Assembly: GCA_963797095.1 (NCBI GenBank)
Contig: CAWCNY010000001.1
Span: forward strand, 288,001-352,000
DNA: 64,000 nt
From: an uncultured Chloroflexia bacterium
GTDB lineage: Bacteria > Chloroflexota > Chloroflexia > QHBQ01 > JADMIH01
Direction: 5' to 3'
Under the pieces are notes generated by a model that did not search any database, was not told the DNA's origin, and worked only from the letters and a program-made list of their open reading frames with translations. Of the stretch, positions 10,561 to 19,438 are shown in pieces; position 1 is the stretch's first letter, and each line of letters opens with the position of its first letter. Made by a program: the position numbers and the translations under genes.

Positions 10561-10610
10561 AGAGTATATATCGCCCTTGCGCCGCGGACTACCAAAAAAA
10601 GCTGGGGAAA
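10561..10610 (-). promoter_or_regulatory. Putative activator-dependent promoter of the ring-cleavage operon (conserved box + TATACT)
   Basis: Minus strand TTTCCCCAGCTTTTTTTGGTAG-N20-TATACT, same spacing as four other promoters. Confidence 0.65.
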
Positions 10611-10680
10611 CGACAACTCCCCGGTTGAGCATCTTCTCCCAAAATACAGGTAGTGCTCTCAGCTTGAGCTCGTGGCGGTT

Positions 10681-10803
10681 GTGTCAGCCGGTGGCCGTGT
10701 TAGCGGGTGGGTAGTGTCAGCCGGTGGCCGTGTTAGCGGGTGGGTAGTGTCAGCCGGTGGCCGTGTTAGCGGGTGGGTAGTGTCAGCCGGTGGCCGTGTT
10801 AGC
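10681..10803. repeat. 33-bp tandem repeat GTGTCAGCCGGTGGCCGTGTTAGCGGGTGGGTA, about 3.7 copies
   Basis: Contiguous identical units with no spacers. Confidence 0.95.
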
Positions 10804-11004
10804 CGGGCCGTGTCTATTGACAGAGCGCGCGGCGGCCATTCGCGTCGATACATCCACCTTGCAATGCAGTTGGTAGTGTGCAGACAGCTGACAGGTAGCT
10901 GACCACTATGTGCTCAGGCCGATCACCAGCCTCTCGTCGATCTGCAGGCTGGACAGAGCGCCTGAGACCTTGTGCAAGGAGAGCCCAAAGCCCGGAGTCT
11001 TCAC

Positions 11005-11048
11005 AAGAAACGGCGCCTCCTGATCGGCGGAGCCCTGCCGATCAGGAG
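11005..11048 (-). terminator. Putative intrinsic terminator after the left deglycosidase operon
   Basis: 12-bp inverted repeat CTCCTGATCGGC/GCCGATCAGGAG (11017-11028/11037-11048), followed on the minus strand by TTTCTT. Confidence 0.55.
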
Positions 11049-11149
11049 CGTCGCCAATGGCTGAATGCATCCAGCCTTCATAGCTCGAGAACCACTATGC
11101 GCTACCAGATAGGGAACGCTTGCACAAGAAACCTCAATCCAGGAGAACC

Positions 11150-12181
11150 TTATTTCGCGGCCGGATCGGCTTCGGCCAGTAAGCGCGAACACATCCGGTG
11201 CCAAGCCTGCACTTCCTGCAAGCCAATCGGCTCCTCGGTAAACGCCTGCCCTTCCCACTCAGCCGAGATCGTCCCCATGTAGGCGGTGCGTTTCAGGAGG
11301 GCCATGATCTCCTCGTAAGGTATGGAAGGCTCGTGACCCAACTCGTCCACATGGTAGAACTTGCCGTGAATATGCCGGGCGTAAGGCAGCAACTCCGTCC
11401 ACATCTCCACAGACATGTGGCCGAACATTGTCATCGCCGTGTTCAGCTGGCCCATCACTGCCGGGCCGGCGCCGAGCCTGGCACCTGCCTCATGCAGAGC
11501 ACCAAACTTCTCGGGTATGCTCTTGTCGGTGTACCAGATCTCTTTCACGGCCTGGATCAGTTTCTCAGTCCCCCCTGCGCGTCGCAAGTTGCCCCAGTAG
11601 CCTTCCGGAATCGAGCGCATGCTCGTACTGAAGTCGGGGATGAAGCCGAGGAAAGGGGAGCCGACACGGTCGTACATCTCGCGAAATGCCACCACATCCG
11701 GGTGATCAACTGCAAGAGGCGAGTGCAACTCGCACGCAAGCTGTATGCCATATTTTTCGGCGGTGGGCACCAGCTCCTCCATGACGTCAATTCCAGCGCC
11801 CGGCTGGTAACGGTATACGGGGAAGCCCATTTTGGCGCTGCTGACGATCTGCCGCTTAATGTAGTCCAATCTCTCGTCGTGCGTCATGAGGCGGTCCTTA
11901 CGCCTCCCGATGTCGGAGTTGCCACCCAGGCAGGAAGGGATGAGGCCATTTTTCTCGAGGAGCTCCCGGAAATGGTTCGCGGTCTCGTCCGAGACGTCCG
12001 GGAAGTCGCGGAAGCTCTGGAAGCCCACCACCTCCACCGCCGGGCCGAGGCCAAGCTCGGCTATCTTTGCCAACATCTCCTCCAGGGTGTAGAGTCGCTG
12101 CTGCCATTCGTTGGTCAGGCTGAACAGGGTAGTACCGAGCACCGGCCCACCTGGCCCTTTTGCTTCTTGTTGAGCCATCAT
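11150..12181 (-). CDS. C-glycoside deglycosidase alpha subunit-like TIM barrel (SAEWEG class)
   Basis: TTLFSL, CELHS, IPDFS, HIHGKFY, SAEWEG; adjacent to a DUF6379-type gene. Confidence 0.8.
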   Translation of the reverse strand: MMAQQEAKGPGGPVLGTTLFSLTNEWQQRLYTLEEMLAKIAELGLGPAVEVVGFQSFRDFPDVSDETANHFRELLEKNGLIPSCLGGNSDIGRRKDRLMTHDERLDYIKRQIVSSAKMGFPVYRYQPGAGIDVMEELVPTAEKYGIQLACELHSPLAVDHPDVVAFREMYDRVGSPFLGFIPDFSTSMRSIPEGYWGNLRRAGGTEKLIQAVKEIWYTDKSIPEKFGALHEAGARLGAGPAVMGQLNTAMTMFGHMSVEMWTELLPYARHIHGKFYHVDELGHEPSIPYEEIMALLKRTAYMGTISAEWEGQAFTEEPIGLQEVQAWHRMCSRLLAEADPAAK

Positions 12182-12594
12182 CAACCTCCACTCGCTTCGC
12201 TTGCGACCTGGGTGGTCGAGTATCTGGTGGGAATGGTTAGGAATAGCCCGGGGCCAACCGCTATATATGGGAAGCGGAGCGCGATTTCCGCCTCAACGGT
12301 ATGCTCCTCTCCCGGCTTGACCTTGCCGGGATCCTGGACGTGCACGTGAGCTGTGTCCTGCACGAACCAGAACTCCTCGACCTTATCTTCCATTTCCTGG
12401 AGGGTGAACTGCTTGCCGTTCACCTCGAAGCGTATCGCTCCGGGGTTGACCGGCTGCCCGTCCAAGCTCAAGGCGACCTTCTCGACGCACGATATCGGCA
12501 AGGAACGATACCAGTTCAGGCGAACCCCAACTTCGTATCCGTCGTTGTTGGCTCGCAGGCTGTTATCTTCTACAATGCGCAAATCTGCTCCCAT
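12181..12594 (-). CDS. C-glycoside deglycosidase beta subunit-like (DUF6379)
   Basis: RLNWYRSLPISC, FWFVQD, PGEEH, LRFPY. Confidence 0.8.
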   Translation of the reverse strand: MGADLRIVEDNSLRANNDGYEVGVRLNWYRSLPISCVEKVALSLDGQPVNPGAIRFEVNGKQFTLQEMEDKVEEFWFVQDTAHVHVQDPGKVKPGEEHTVEAEIALRFPYIAVGPGLFLTIPTRYSTTQVASEASGG

Positions 12595-12610
12595 GCTTTG
12601 CTTACCTCCT

Positions 12611-13606
12611 TTACTCCGCAAGCAGGCGCGAGCACATATCATTCCAGGCCTTTACTTCCTGGAAGCCGATCGGCTCTTCAGTGAACGCATGCCCTTCCCA
12701 TTCGGCCGAGATCGTGCCCCTATATCCTGTGCTCTTCAGCAGGGCCATAATCGCCGAGTAGTCTATTGAAGGCTCCTGTCCCAGCTCATCGACGTGGTAG
12801 AACTTGCCGTGGCAGTGGCGCGTATATGGCAGCAGGACCGCCCAATCCTCCACCGGCATGCGGCCGTTCATCGAGATCACCGTGTGCAGCCTGCCCTCCA
12901 TCGCTGGGCTAACCCCAAAGCGCTGGAAGATCTCGTGCGCTGCGGCGAACCGCTCCGGCCCGCTGTCGATAGTGCGCCAGACCTCTTTGGTCTGCTCGAT
13001 CAGCTCTTCGGAGACTCCAGCCCGACGGGGGCCTTCCCACTGTCCCTCGGCAATCGACTTCATGCTTGAGCCGAAGTCGGGCACGAAGCCCAGGTAGGGA
13101 GTTTGCAGACGCTCGATAAGCTCCAACAGCCTGACCACGTCGGGCGACCTGGTCGTTTGAGGAGAGTGGACCTCGCACCCGATGTGCACGACCTCACGCT
13201 CGGCCAGAGGCAGTAGTCTCTCGTAGATGTGCGTGGGCAGGTTGGTGACGAGGCGCAGCACCGGAAAACCCATCTTGTGCGCGCTCATAAGCTGCCGCTC
13301 AACGTAGTCGATTATCTCGTCGTCGGTCAGGAAGCGGTCGCGCCACAGACCGTAGTCGAGATTGCCACCGAGCGAGCTTGCTACGAAGCCATATTTGTCC
13401 ATCAGGTCCCGCCAGTGGCCCGCGAACTGGTCCGACACATCGGGGTACTCTCGGAAGCTCTGGAAGCCGACCGCTTCAATCGCGGGTCCCAGCCTTAGCT
13501 CCGCGACTTTGGCCATCATGCTCTCGAGGGTATAGAGTCGCTGCTGCCACTCGTTTGTGAAGGAGTAGATAGAGACGCCAAGAATGGGTCCTTCTGTCTT
13601 CATCAC
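12611..13606 (-). CDS. C-glycoside deglycosidase alpha subunit-like (SAEWEG class)
   Basis: SIYSFTNEWQ, CEVHS, VPDFG, HCHGKFY, SAEWEG. Confidence 0.8.
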   Translation of the reverse strand: MMKTEGPILGVSIYSFTNEWQQRLYTLESMMAKVAELRLGPAIEAVGFQSFREYPDVSDQFAGHWRDLMDKYGFVASSLGGNLDYGLWRDRFLTDDEIIDYVERQLMSAHKMGFPVLRLVTNLPTHIYERLLPLAEREVVHIGCEVHSPQTTRSPDVVRLLELIERLQTPYLGFVPDFGSSMKSIAEGQWEGPRRAGVSEELIEQTKEVWRTIDSGPERFAAAHEIFQRFGVSPAMEGRLHTVISMNGRMPVEDWAVLLPYTRHCHGKFYHVDELGQEPSIDYSAIMALLKSTGYRGTISAEWEGHAFTEEPIGFQEVKAWNDMCSRLLAE

Positions 13607-14037
13607 TTTACTCCTGTCACGCCTGTCACGCCCGTGACATCTGATGCGACTTGCTTATCTGAGCAGGTGCTGGTCAGCACCAGGCACTTCCCCGGCCCGA
13701 CCACCATGTACGGCCGGCGCATAGCCAGCAGGGCGTCGACCTTGTGCTCCTCACCCGGCTTCACGCTGCCCGGCCGGTGAACCCGCACCCAGAGCGTATC
13801 TTGCACGAACCACTGCTCGTAGATCTTGTCCTCGAGCTCGGCGAAGCTGTAGCGGTGGCCGTTGATCTCGAAGATCATGTCCTTCTTGTCGATCGGCTGC
13901 CCATCAAGGCTGATCTCAAGCTGTTCAAGGCAAGACAGGGGGAGAGAACGGTACCAGTCGAGGCGAAGGCCGATTGCAAACCCGTCGTCCGTCGCCCGCA
14001 AGCTGTTGTCCTCTACGATGCGCATGTCCCAACCCAT
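13603..14037 (-). CDS. C-glycoside deglycosidase beta subunit-like (DUF6379)
   Basis: RLDWYRSLPLSC, QWFVQD, PGEEH. Confidence 0.8.
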   Translation of the reverse strand: MGWDMRIVEDNSLRATDDGFAIGLRLDWYRSLPLSCLEQLEISLDGQPIDKKDMIFEINGHRYSFAELEDKIYEQWFVQDTLWVRVHRPGSVKPGEEHKVDALLAMRRPYMVVGPGKCLVLTSTCSDKQVASDVTGVTGVTGVK

Positions 14038-14127
14038 AGTCGTTTACCTCCATGTAGCCCGGTTTGCCCCGCCTGGCTCATTTAGAGACAGCTCAGTCTG
14101 CGGGCACCTACTGAGTGGCTGAGCAGA

Positions 14128-15249
14128 CTATCCCAGTCGAATAGTGCGCCCCTCCCGCGAGGACTGGTAAATCGCCAGGATCATCTCCAGGCTCTTGATC
14201 GCCTCCTCACCCTTTATGTCCGGCTGCACCCCCGCCTCCAGACTGGCGTAGAAGTTGTCGATCTGCTGCTTGTGGCTCACACCCCAGTAGCCCCTTGGCG
14301 CTTTCCAGGTCACGGGAATCAGCAGCACTCCCCACTCGTTCAGAGTACGCATGGCTGCCTGGCCGGTGCTCTCGTTGAAAAAGGCCTGGAAGTCCGCCTC
14401 GTTCAGAGTCACCGTCGGGTCGTTGACAACGGTCAGCTCGCGGCCGTTCTTGTAAGTGATAATAGCTTTGTCGAACTCAAGCAGGGCTGTGCCGTGCTCG
14501 CAGTGTGTCTCCACAACCACGGGGGCGTTGTAGCTGAAGTTGTTGGTGGCGAAGAAGACCGACTTCAACCCGTTGCGGTAGGTGATCAGTCCCTCGGCTG
14601 TGTCTTCAGTCTCGATCTCCGGGTGGTTGCGGTTGGCAATAGTGGCTTGGATGCTGGCGATCGGATTGTCCACGAACCAGCGGGCCAGGTCCATCACGTG
14701 TATTGACTGGTCAATCATGAGAGAGCCGCCCTCTTTATCCCAGGTGCCGTGCCAGTCGCTGCGCTTGTAGTAGTCGGCGGGCTTGGTCCACGAGAGGATG
14801 ATGCGCTGCCCCACGATCTTACCCAAGCTTCCATCCGAGATGGCCGCTTTGACGGCCACTGACGCCGAGTTGTAGCGGTTCTGGCTGATGACGCCGAGGG
14901 TGACGTTGTTGCGCCGAGCGGCCTCTACCATGGCCCTTGCATCTTCCATGTTGATGGCCATCGGCTTCTCGGTGAGCACATGCTTGCCGGCATTCATGGC
15001 ATCTATGGCCATGGGCGCGTGCAGGTAGTGTGGGGTCAGGATATGCACAACGTCAATATCGTCCCGCCCTAGCATCTCGTGGTAGTCCTCGTAAGCCTCA
15101 CACCCCAGCAGGGCGGCTGCCGTCTGCCTGGCCTCGAATTTGACGTCACATACCGCCCTCACCTGCACATTGGCGAGCAGGTGCAGCGGGAAGGCGTGCA
15201 TACCGAAGATAGCACCGCAGCCTATAATCCCAACCCCATACGTTTTCAT
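14128..15249 (-). CDS. Gfo/Idh/MocA oxidoreductase (candidate glycoside 3-dehydrogenase)
   Basis: GIIGCGAI, TEKP, WHGTWDKEGG, DQSIH. Confidence 0.85.
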   Translation of the reverse strand: MKTYGVGIIGCGAIFGMHAFPLHLLANVQVRAVCDVKFEARQTAAALLGCEAYEDYHEMLGRDDIDVVHILTPHYLHAPMAIDAMNAGKHVLTEKPMAINMEDARAMVEAARRNNVTLGVISQNRYNSASVAVKAAISDGSLGKIVGQRIILSWTKPADYYKRSDWHGTWDKEGGSLMIDQSIHVMDLARWFVDNPIASIQATIANRNHPEIETEDTAEGLITYRNGLKSVFFATNNFSYNAPVVVETHCEHGTALLEFDKAIITYKNGRELTVVNDPTVTLNEADFQAFFNESTGQAAMRTLNEWGVLLIPVTWKAPRGYWGVSHKQQIDNFYASLEAGVQPDIKGEEAIKSLEMILAIYQSSREGRTIRLG

Positions 15250-16397
15250 CCTACAGTGTCCTCCTGTCTCATATGAACAACATCACCCGTGGCCGCCGAC
15301 GTGTAGATTGCCTCCAGGATCTGAGTGACGGTGTAGGCCTGCTCGGGCTTCACAACCAGCTCGGCCCCCGTCCTGATGCTGTTGAACCATGCCTCCTGCT
15401 CCTTGTACATGCCGGGGAAAAACTCCGGCGGCTGGCCGCTGCCGATGAATGTGCCGCCGAGTGCGTAGTTCTGGATGTACAGTCTGCCGTTGTGTTCGCC
15501 GTTCACCCGCACGTGGAAAGTGCGCTCGCCGCCGAAGTCGGCGGTACGCACCACCGGCCCGGGTGGTGGGTACATGTCCGCCCCCGCCTTCGTGCCGCAC
15601 AGAAGCGTCATAGTCTGGTCTGCCACGATCGTATTCAAAGCCCACGAGGCCTCCAGAATGACGGTAGCACCATTCCTGAACTTGACGAGGCCGAATGCGC
15701 TGTCTTCGACTTCGTAGGTGGCAGGGTTCCATGGGCCGAAACCATTTGCCTGGCTGCCGATCTTGCCAATCTTGTCGAAGGTCGAGCCGAGCACCGTCAC
15801 AGGCTCATAGTTCTGCAGCATCCACAAGGTGATATCCAGTGCGTGTGTGCCCAGGTCGATGAGTGGCCCGCCACCTTGCTTCTCTTTGTCTGTGAACACG
15901 CCGTGAGTAGGCACGCCACGCCTGCGGATCGCAAGGGCCTTGGCGAAGTAGATCTCGCCCAGCTCGCCCCCCTCGCACAACGACTTCATGAACAGAGTAT
16001 CCTCACGGAAGCGGTTCTGGTAGCCGATCGTGAGCAGCTTGCCGCTCGACCTGTAGGCCTCGAGCATCGCTTTGGCCTCGGCCGCGGTCTTGGCCATCGG
16101 TTTCTCGCACAGCACGTGCTTGCCGGCCCTGAGGGCAGCGACCGTGATCTCGGCGTGCGAGTTGTTGGGCGTGCAGACGTGTACCACGTCGACGTCGTCG
16201 CGCGCAACCAACTCCCGATAGTCCTCGTAGACCCCAGCATCGGGGGGACCGTAGCTCTTGGCTGCTGCCTGAGCACGCTCGACGATGATGTCGCAAAAGG
16301 CCACTATCTCCACGTCTGGCTGCCGGGAGATGCTAGGCAGGTGTTTGCGGTTGGCAATACCGCCGCACCCCACGATGCCTATTCTGATCTTGTTCAT
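15246..16397 (-). CDS. Gfo/Idh/MocA oxidoreductase, YcjS/LgdC-like (3-keto-sugar reductase or 3-dehydrogenase), copy 1
   Basis: GCGGIANRKH, CEKP, YQNRFR, RRRGVPT, GGGPLIDLGTH. Confidence 0.85.
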   Translation of the reverse strand: MNKIRIGIVGCGGIANRKHLPSISRQPDVEIVAFCDIIVERAQAAAKSYGPPDAGVYEDYRELVARDDVDVVHVCTPNNSHAEITVAALRAGKHVLCEKPMAKTAAEAKAMLEAYRSSGKLLTIGYQNRFREDTLFMKSLCEGGELGEIYFAKALAIRRRGVPTHGVFTDKEKQGGGPLIDLGTHALDITLWMLQNYEPVTVLGSTFDKIGKIGSQANGFGPWNPATYEVEDSAFGLVKFRNGATVILEASWALNTIVADQTMTLLCGTKAGADMYPPPGPVVRTADFGGERTFHVRVNGEHNGRLYIQNYALGGTFIGSGQPPEFFPGMYKEQEAWFNSIRTGAELVVKPEQAYTVTQILEAIYTSAATGDVVHMRQEDTVG

Positions 16398-16487
16398 GTG
16401 CCTATTCCTTTCCAGCTAGGATTGCTTGAGTATGACAATGCCCAGGACAATGCTGCCAGCGTTACTCGGACACGTTGTCCGGGGACC

Positions 16488-16516
16488 TTGACCAGACAGC
16501 ACATTGCTGCTATAAT
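16488..16516 (+). promoter_or_regulatory. Sigma70 promoter for the LacI gene (TTGACC-N17-TATAAT)
   Basis: TTGACC 16488-16493, TATAAT 16511-16516. Confidence 0.75.
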
Positions 16517-16546
16517 ATGCTTACACGTGTAAGCATATTATAGCAG
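16507..16546. promoter_or_regulatory. Perfect 40-bp palindrome centred on the LacI-type operator TTACACGTGTAA
   Basis: CTGCTATAATATGCTTACAC|GTGTAAGCATATTATAGCAG. Confidence 0.8.
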
Positions 16547-16565
16547 AGGTTCGTTTTTGTGTCAA
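16537..16565 (-). promoter_or_regulatory. Consensus sigma70 promoter (TTGACA-N17-TATAAT) for the Gfo-Gfo-beta-alpha-beta-alpha operon
   Basis: Plus-strand TGTCAA 16560-16565 and ATTATA 16537-16542. Confidence 0.8.
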
Positions 16566-16627
16566 TTGCCTCAAACAACCAAAGTGCCGGACACTCGACC
16601 GGCAAGTCAGCACGTGAGCAACCAGCG

Positions 16628-17743
16628 ATGCAGGACAACCAACACGACCGACAACACGACCGACAACACGACCGACAACACGACCGACAACACGACTGCA
16701 ACTCCAGGCCCGAACCCGAACCTGAGCCCGAAGTGAGGCCGAAGCGCACGGGCCGACCTACCAGGGGCGACGTGGCTCGACTGGCGGAGGTCTCCGGCGC
16801 GACTGTGTCGTACGTGCTCAACGATGTGCCGGATTCCCGCATAAGCGAGGCGACCAAAGAGCGGGTGCGGCAGGCTGCAGCGAAGCTGGGGTACGTCCCT
16901 GACGAGCTGGCAAGCTCATTACGCTCCGGCCGCAATGATCTGGTGCTGCTGCCCTTTTTCGACTGGCCATACAACCAGAGTTCCATCTCCTTCTTGCAGG
17001 AGCTTGCCAGGCAGCTGTCCGGAATGGGTTATTCCGTCATGCTGCGCTTTTTCGGGCAAGAGGAGAAGCGTGCCCTGGCGCGCAGGATCGCCTCGTTTCA
17101 CCCTGCGGGTGTGATCGTTATGTCGGAGGAGCTGTCGCCGGACGACCGCGAAATCCTGGCTCGCAACGGCGTGCAGGCGGTGCTCGTGTATGGGGGAACG
17201 ACGGGGGACCCGGCGCGTACGGTGCCCATAGACTTTACCCATGCCGGAGAGCTCGTCGGGCAGTATCTAGTCGATAAAGGGCACCGCCGCCTGGCAGGGG
17301 TGGTACCGCGCGACCGGCGCATCCTCAGGATAGGTCTGCAGCGGTTCGAGGGGCTGCGGCGAGTAGGCGAGCGGTTGGGCGCGTCAGTTGAGCGCGTTGA
17401 CATGAGCTATGACATCGGTGAGGCGGCCAGGCTCGCTGCCGCATGGCAGCGAGGTCCTCGGCCCAGCGCCGTATTCGCCTATAACGACGAGTACGCCTTC
17501 CTGCTGCTCGCCGCGCTACAGGACGCGGGCCTGCGAGTGCCGGACGACATCGCCCTGGTGGGCTGCGATGACTTGACCTTATGCCTCCTGACCAGGCCGC
17601 GCCTGACGTCCGTGCACACCGGGATACCTGAGCGCATCCAGGCGCTGGTCACATACTTCGATGCGCTGATGCAGAGCCGGACGCCCGAAAAGCCGCCCAG
17701 TTTTGATTTGTCGTTCGACCTGGTGGTCAGGGAGTCGGCATAG
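16628..17743 (+). CDS. LacI family transcriptional repressor (start uncertain)
   Basis: PTRGDVARLAEVSGATVSYVLN HTH, LGYVP, YNDEYA, GLRVPDDIALVGCDD, RPRLTSV, LVVRES. Confidence 0.9.
   Translation: MQDNQHDRQHDRQHDRQHDRQHDCNSRPEPEPEPEVRPKRTGRPTRGDVARLAEVSGATVSYVLNDVPDSRISEATKERVRQAAAKLGYVPDELASSLRSGRNDLVLLPFFDWPYNQSSISFLQELARQLSGMGYSVMLRFFGQEEKRALARRIASFHPAGVIVMSEELSPDDREILARNGVQAVLVYGGTTGDPARTVPIDFTHAGELVGQYLVDKGHRRLAGVVPRDRRILRIGLQRFEGLRRVGERLGASVERVDMSYDIGEAARLAAAWQRGPRPSAVFAYNDEYAFLLLAALQDAGLRVPDDIALVGCDDLTLCLLTRPRLTSVHTGIPERIQALVTYFDALMQSRTPEKPPSFDLSFDLVVRESA
16638..16732 (+). repeat. 12-bp (HDRQ)n and 6-bp (PE)n in-frame tandem repeats at the LacI 5' end
   Basis: ACAACACGACCG about 5 copies, then CCCGAA-like units. 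Confidence 0.85.
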
Positions 17744-17751
17744 GCGGGCCG

Positions 17752-17930
17752 GCTCTCGAGCTACAGCTGCTCAAGTTGTTCGTGTAAGGAGATATTTCGT
17801 CTACGCAGACTGCGAAGGCCCTCTAGCGCGCCCGCAGTGAGATTGGGAATGTATTAGTGGGTACCAGCACCAGCAGCACTAGCGCCAGCATCAGCATCAG
17901 CACTGATGCTAAACTGAATGTCGAGCGGTG
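17752..17930 (+). pseudogene. Decayed partial copy of the small ORF at 18598-18834
   Basis: Translates ALELQLLKLFV*GDISSTQTAKAL*RARSEIGNVL versus ALELQMLKLYEQGDISSMQASETLQRVRSEIGKVL. Confidence 0.75.
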
Positions 17931-17992
17931 GTGACCGTGACTACGATCGTGACTATGATCGTGACCGTGGCTATGATCGTGATCGTGACGCA

Positions 17993-18042
17993 GATCCCCA
18001 TGTTTTTGGGGTATTCTGTCGGCCTGTATGAGTGTATGCTCC
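17993..18042 (+). promoter_or_regulatory. Putative activator-dependent promoter of the cupin gene
   Basis: GATCCCCATGTTTTTGGGGTAT-N20-TATGCT. Confidence 0.6.
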
Positions 18043-18140
18043 CATTGCGGATGAAAACCCCGGACTGTTCGACCAGGGGGTAACCGGGCCGTGTCAGCCG
18101 TGACAGCAGTTCCTGTTTTGTCAAGCACAAGGAGGACGGA

Positions 18141-18527
18141 ATGAAGCACGTAATAGATCCGGAGGACGTAGAGAAGTGGCCCTTGGAGAAGCACATCGGT
18201 GTCACATCGAAGCTGCTTGCGGACGGCCAGAACATGACCGTGCTCTGGTCGCGCTGGGAGCCGAACGCCAGCGCGCCTGAGCACACCCACCCGCACGAAC
18301 AGATCGGTCTTTGCCTGCAAGGCGAGATCGTCTTCACGATAGACGGGCAAGACCATGTGGTGCGCGCCGGGGAATTCTACCACATCCCTCCTAACGCACC
18401 ACATTCCGAAAGGAACACCAGTGCAGAGCCGGCGGTTCTGACCGATTTCTTCGCGCCAGTCCGCAGCGACCTGCTAGAACGCCGATTCGAGCCAACAATT
18501 GTCGGACCGGATAGCTCAGGGCAGTAA
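18141..18527 (+). CDS. Cupin domain protein
   Basis: PEHTHPHEQ, G.FYHIPPNAPH; AGGAGG RBS. Confidence 0.9.
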   Translation: MKHVIDPEDVEKWPLEKHIGVTSKLLADGQNMTVLWSRWEPNASAPEHTHPHEQIGLCLQGEIVFTIDGQDHVVRAGEFYHIPPNAPHSERNTSAEPAVLTDFFAPVRSDLLERRFEPTIVGPDSSGQ

Positions 18528-18597
18528 GGGCCCGCAGATGAAGGGCTCATCAGCTGGGCTATCGGGTGACTCACCAGAGAAAGGGTGAAGAGGAACT

Positions 18598-18834
18598 ATG
18601 ATAGTGAACATCAGGCGGCGCACTTTGGCCGGCGTGCCGGCTACCCTTGAGGTTGAGGAGGACGGATTGCTGACCTTCGCCCTCGAGCTGCAGATGCTCA
18701 AGCTGTACGAGCAAGGAGACATCTCGTCTATGCAGGCTTCGGAGACCCTCCAGCGTGTCCGCAGTGAGATTGGAAAAGTGCTGGGGCCCGCCAGTACAGG
18801 TACGGGTACGGATACGCAACTGAATGTCGGATGA
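18598..18834 (+). CDS. Small hypothetical protein, weakly UPF0175-like
   Basis: LELQMLKLYEQGDISS segment; GAGG RBS; a decayed duplicate lies upstream. Confidence 0.4.
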   Translation: MIVNIRRRTLAGVPATLEVEEDGLLTFALELQMLKLYEQGDISSMQASETLQRVRSEIGKVLGPASTGTGTDTQLNVG

Positions 18835-18862
18835 TCACGACCAAACTCGTGATCGTGACGCA

Positions 18863-18912
18863 GAATCCCGTGTTTTTGGGGTATTCTGCCCGCCTGTGTG
18901 ACTGTATGCTCC
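18863..18912 (+). promoter_or_regulatory. Putative activator-dependent promoter of the beta-alpha pair
   Basis: GAATCCCGTGTTTTTGGGGTAT-N20-TATGCT. Confidence 0.6.
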
Positions 18913-18995
18913 CGTCGCAAATGAAAACCACAGGCCGGTCGACCAGGGTAAGCAGGCCGCGTAAGCATTCAATTTGGACATAGGAGGACGTTCGA

Positions 18996-19397
18996 ATGCT
19001 GGATCCACAGACCATTCAGATGAAAGGCTTCAGGAATGTCGTGCAGGACGGCCAGGCGGTTGGCTTCCAGGTGCGGGTGCGCTGTCCTTACTACCGAGGC
19101 ATCTGGCTCTCGCTTCTGGAGAAGGCTGAGCTGGCCGTAAATGGCGAGACGTTCCCGCCTGAGAAAGTGCGGTGGACGATAAACGGCGAGAACTTCACGA
19201 GCCCACAATTGGCCGTGCAGTCCCAAAAGCGCTGGCTCTTCGAGGAGCCGGTGACCCTCACTGTGGACAAGCCCGGCGGCTTAGTGCCGGGCCTCCACGA
19301 CGTCGAGGTGTCGATCAGCTGGCGTTGGTCGTACATCCCAATCGAGTTTCAACCAACGACGAATATTTCCCACAGGAAACTGGTTCTGGTTCGATAG
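18996..19397 (+). CDS. C-glycoside deglycosidase beta subunit-like (DUF6379)
   Basis: GFRNV, RCPYYRGIWLS, KPGGL.PG.H, WSYIP. Confidence 0.85.
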   Translation: MLDPQTIQMKGFRNVVQDGQAVGFQVRVRCPYYRGIWLSLLEKAELAVNGETFPPEKVRWTINGENFTSPQLAVQSQKRWLFEEPVTLTVDKPGGLVPGLHDVEVSISWRWSYIPIEFQPTTNISHRKLVLVR

Positions 19398-19438
19398 CGT
19401 CGCGTACCCTGTGATCGCACGCGACCAGGAGAGACAAA

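Noticed and set aside
10681-10803. Possible CRISPR array (33-bp repeats)
   Set aside because: Units are contiguous with no unique spacers, and there are no cas genes in the window
17823-18968. Minus-strand ORFs 17823-18404 and 18516-18968 that resemble each other
   Set aside because: The similarity is explained by the DNA duplication of the promoter module; they overlap real plus-strand genes
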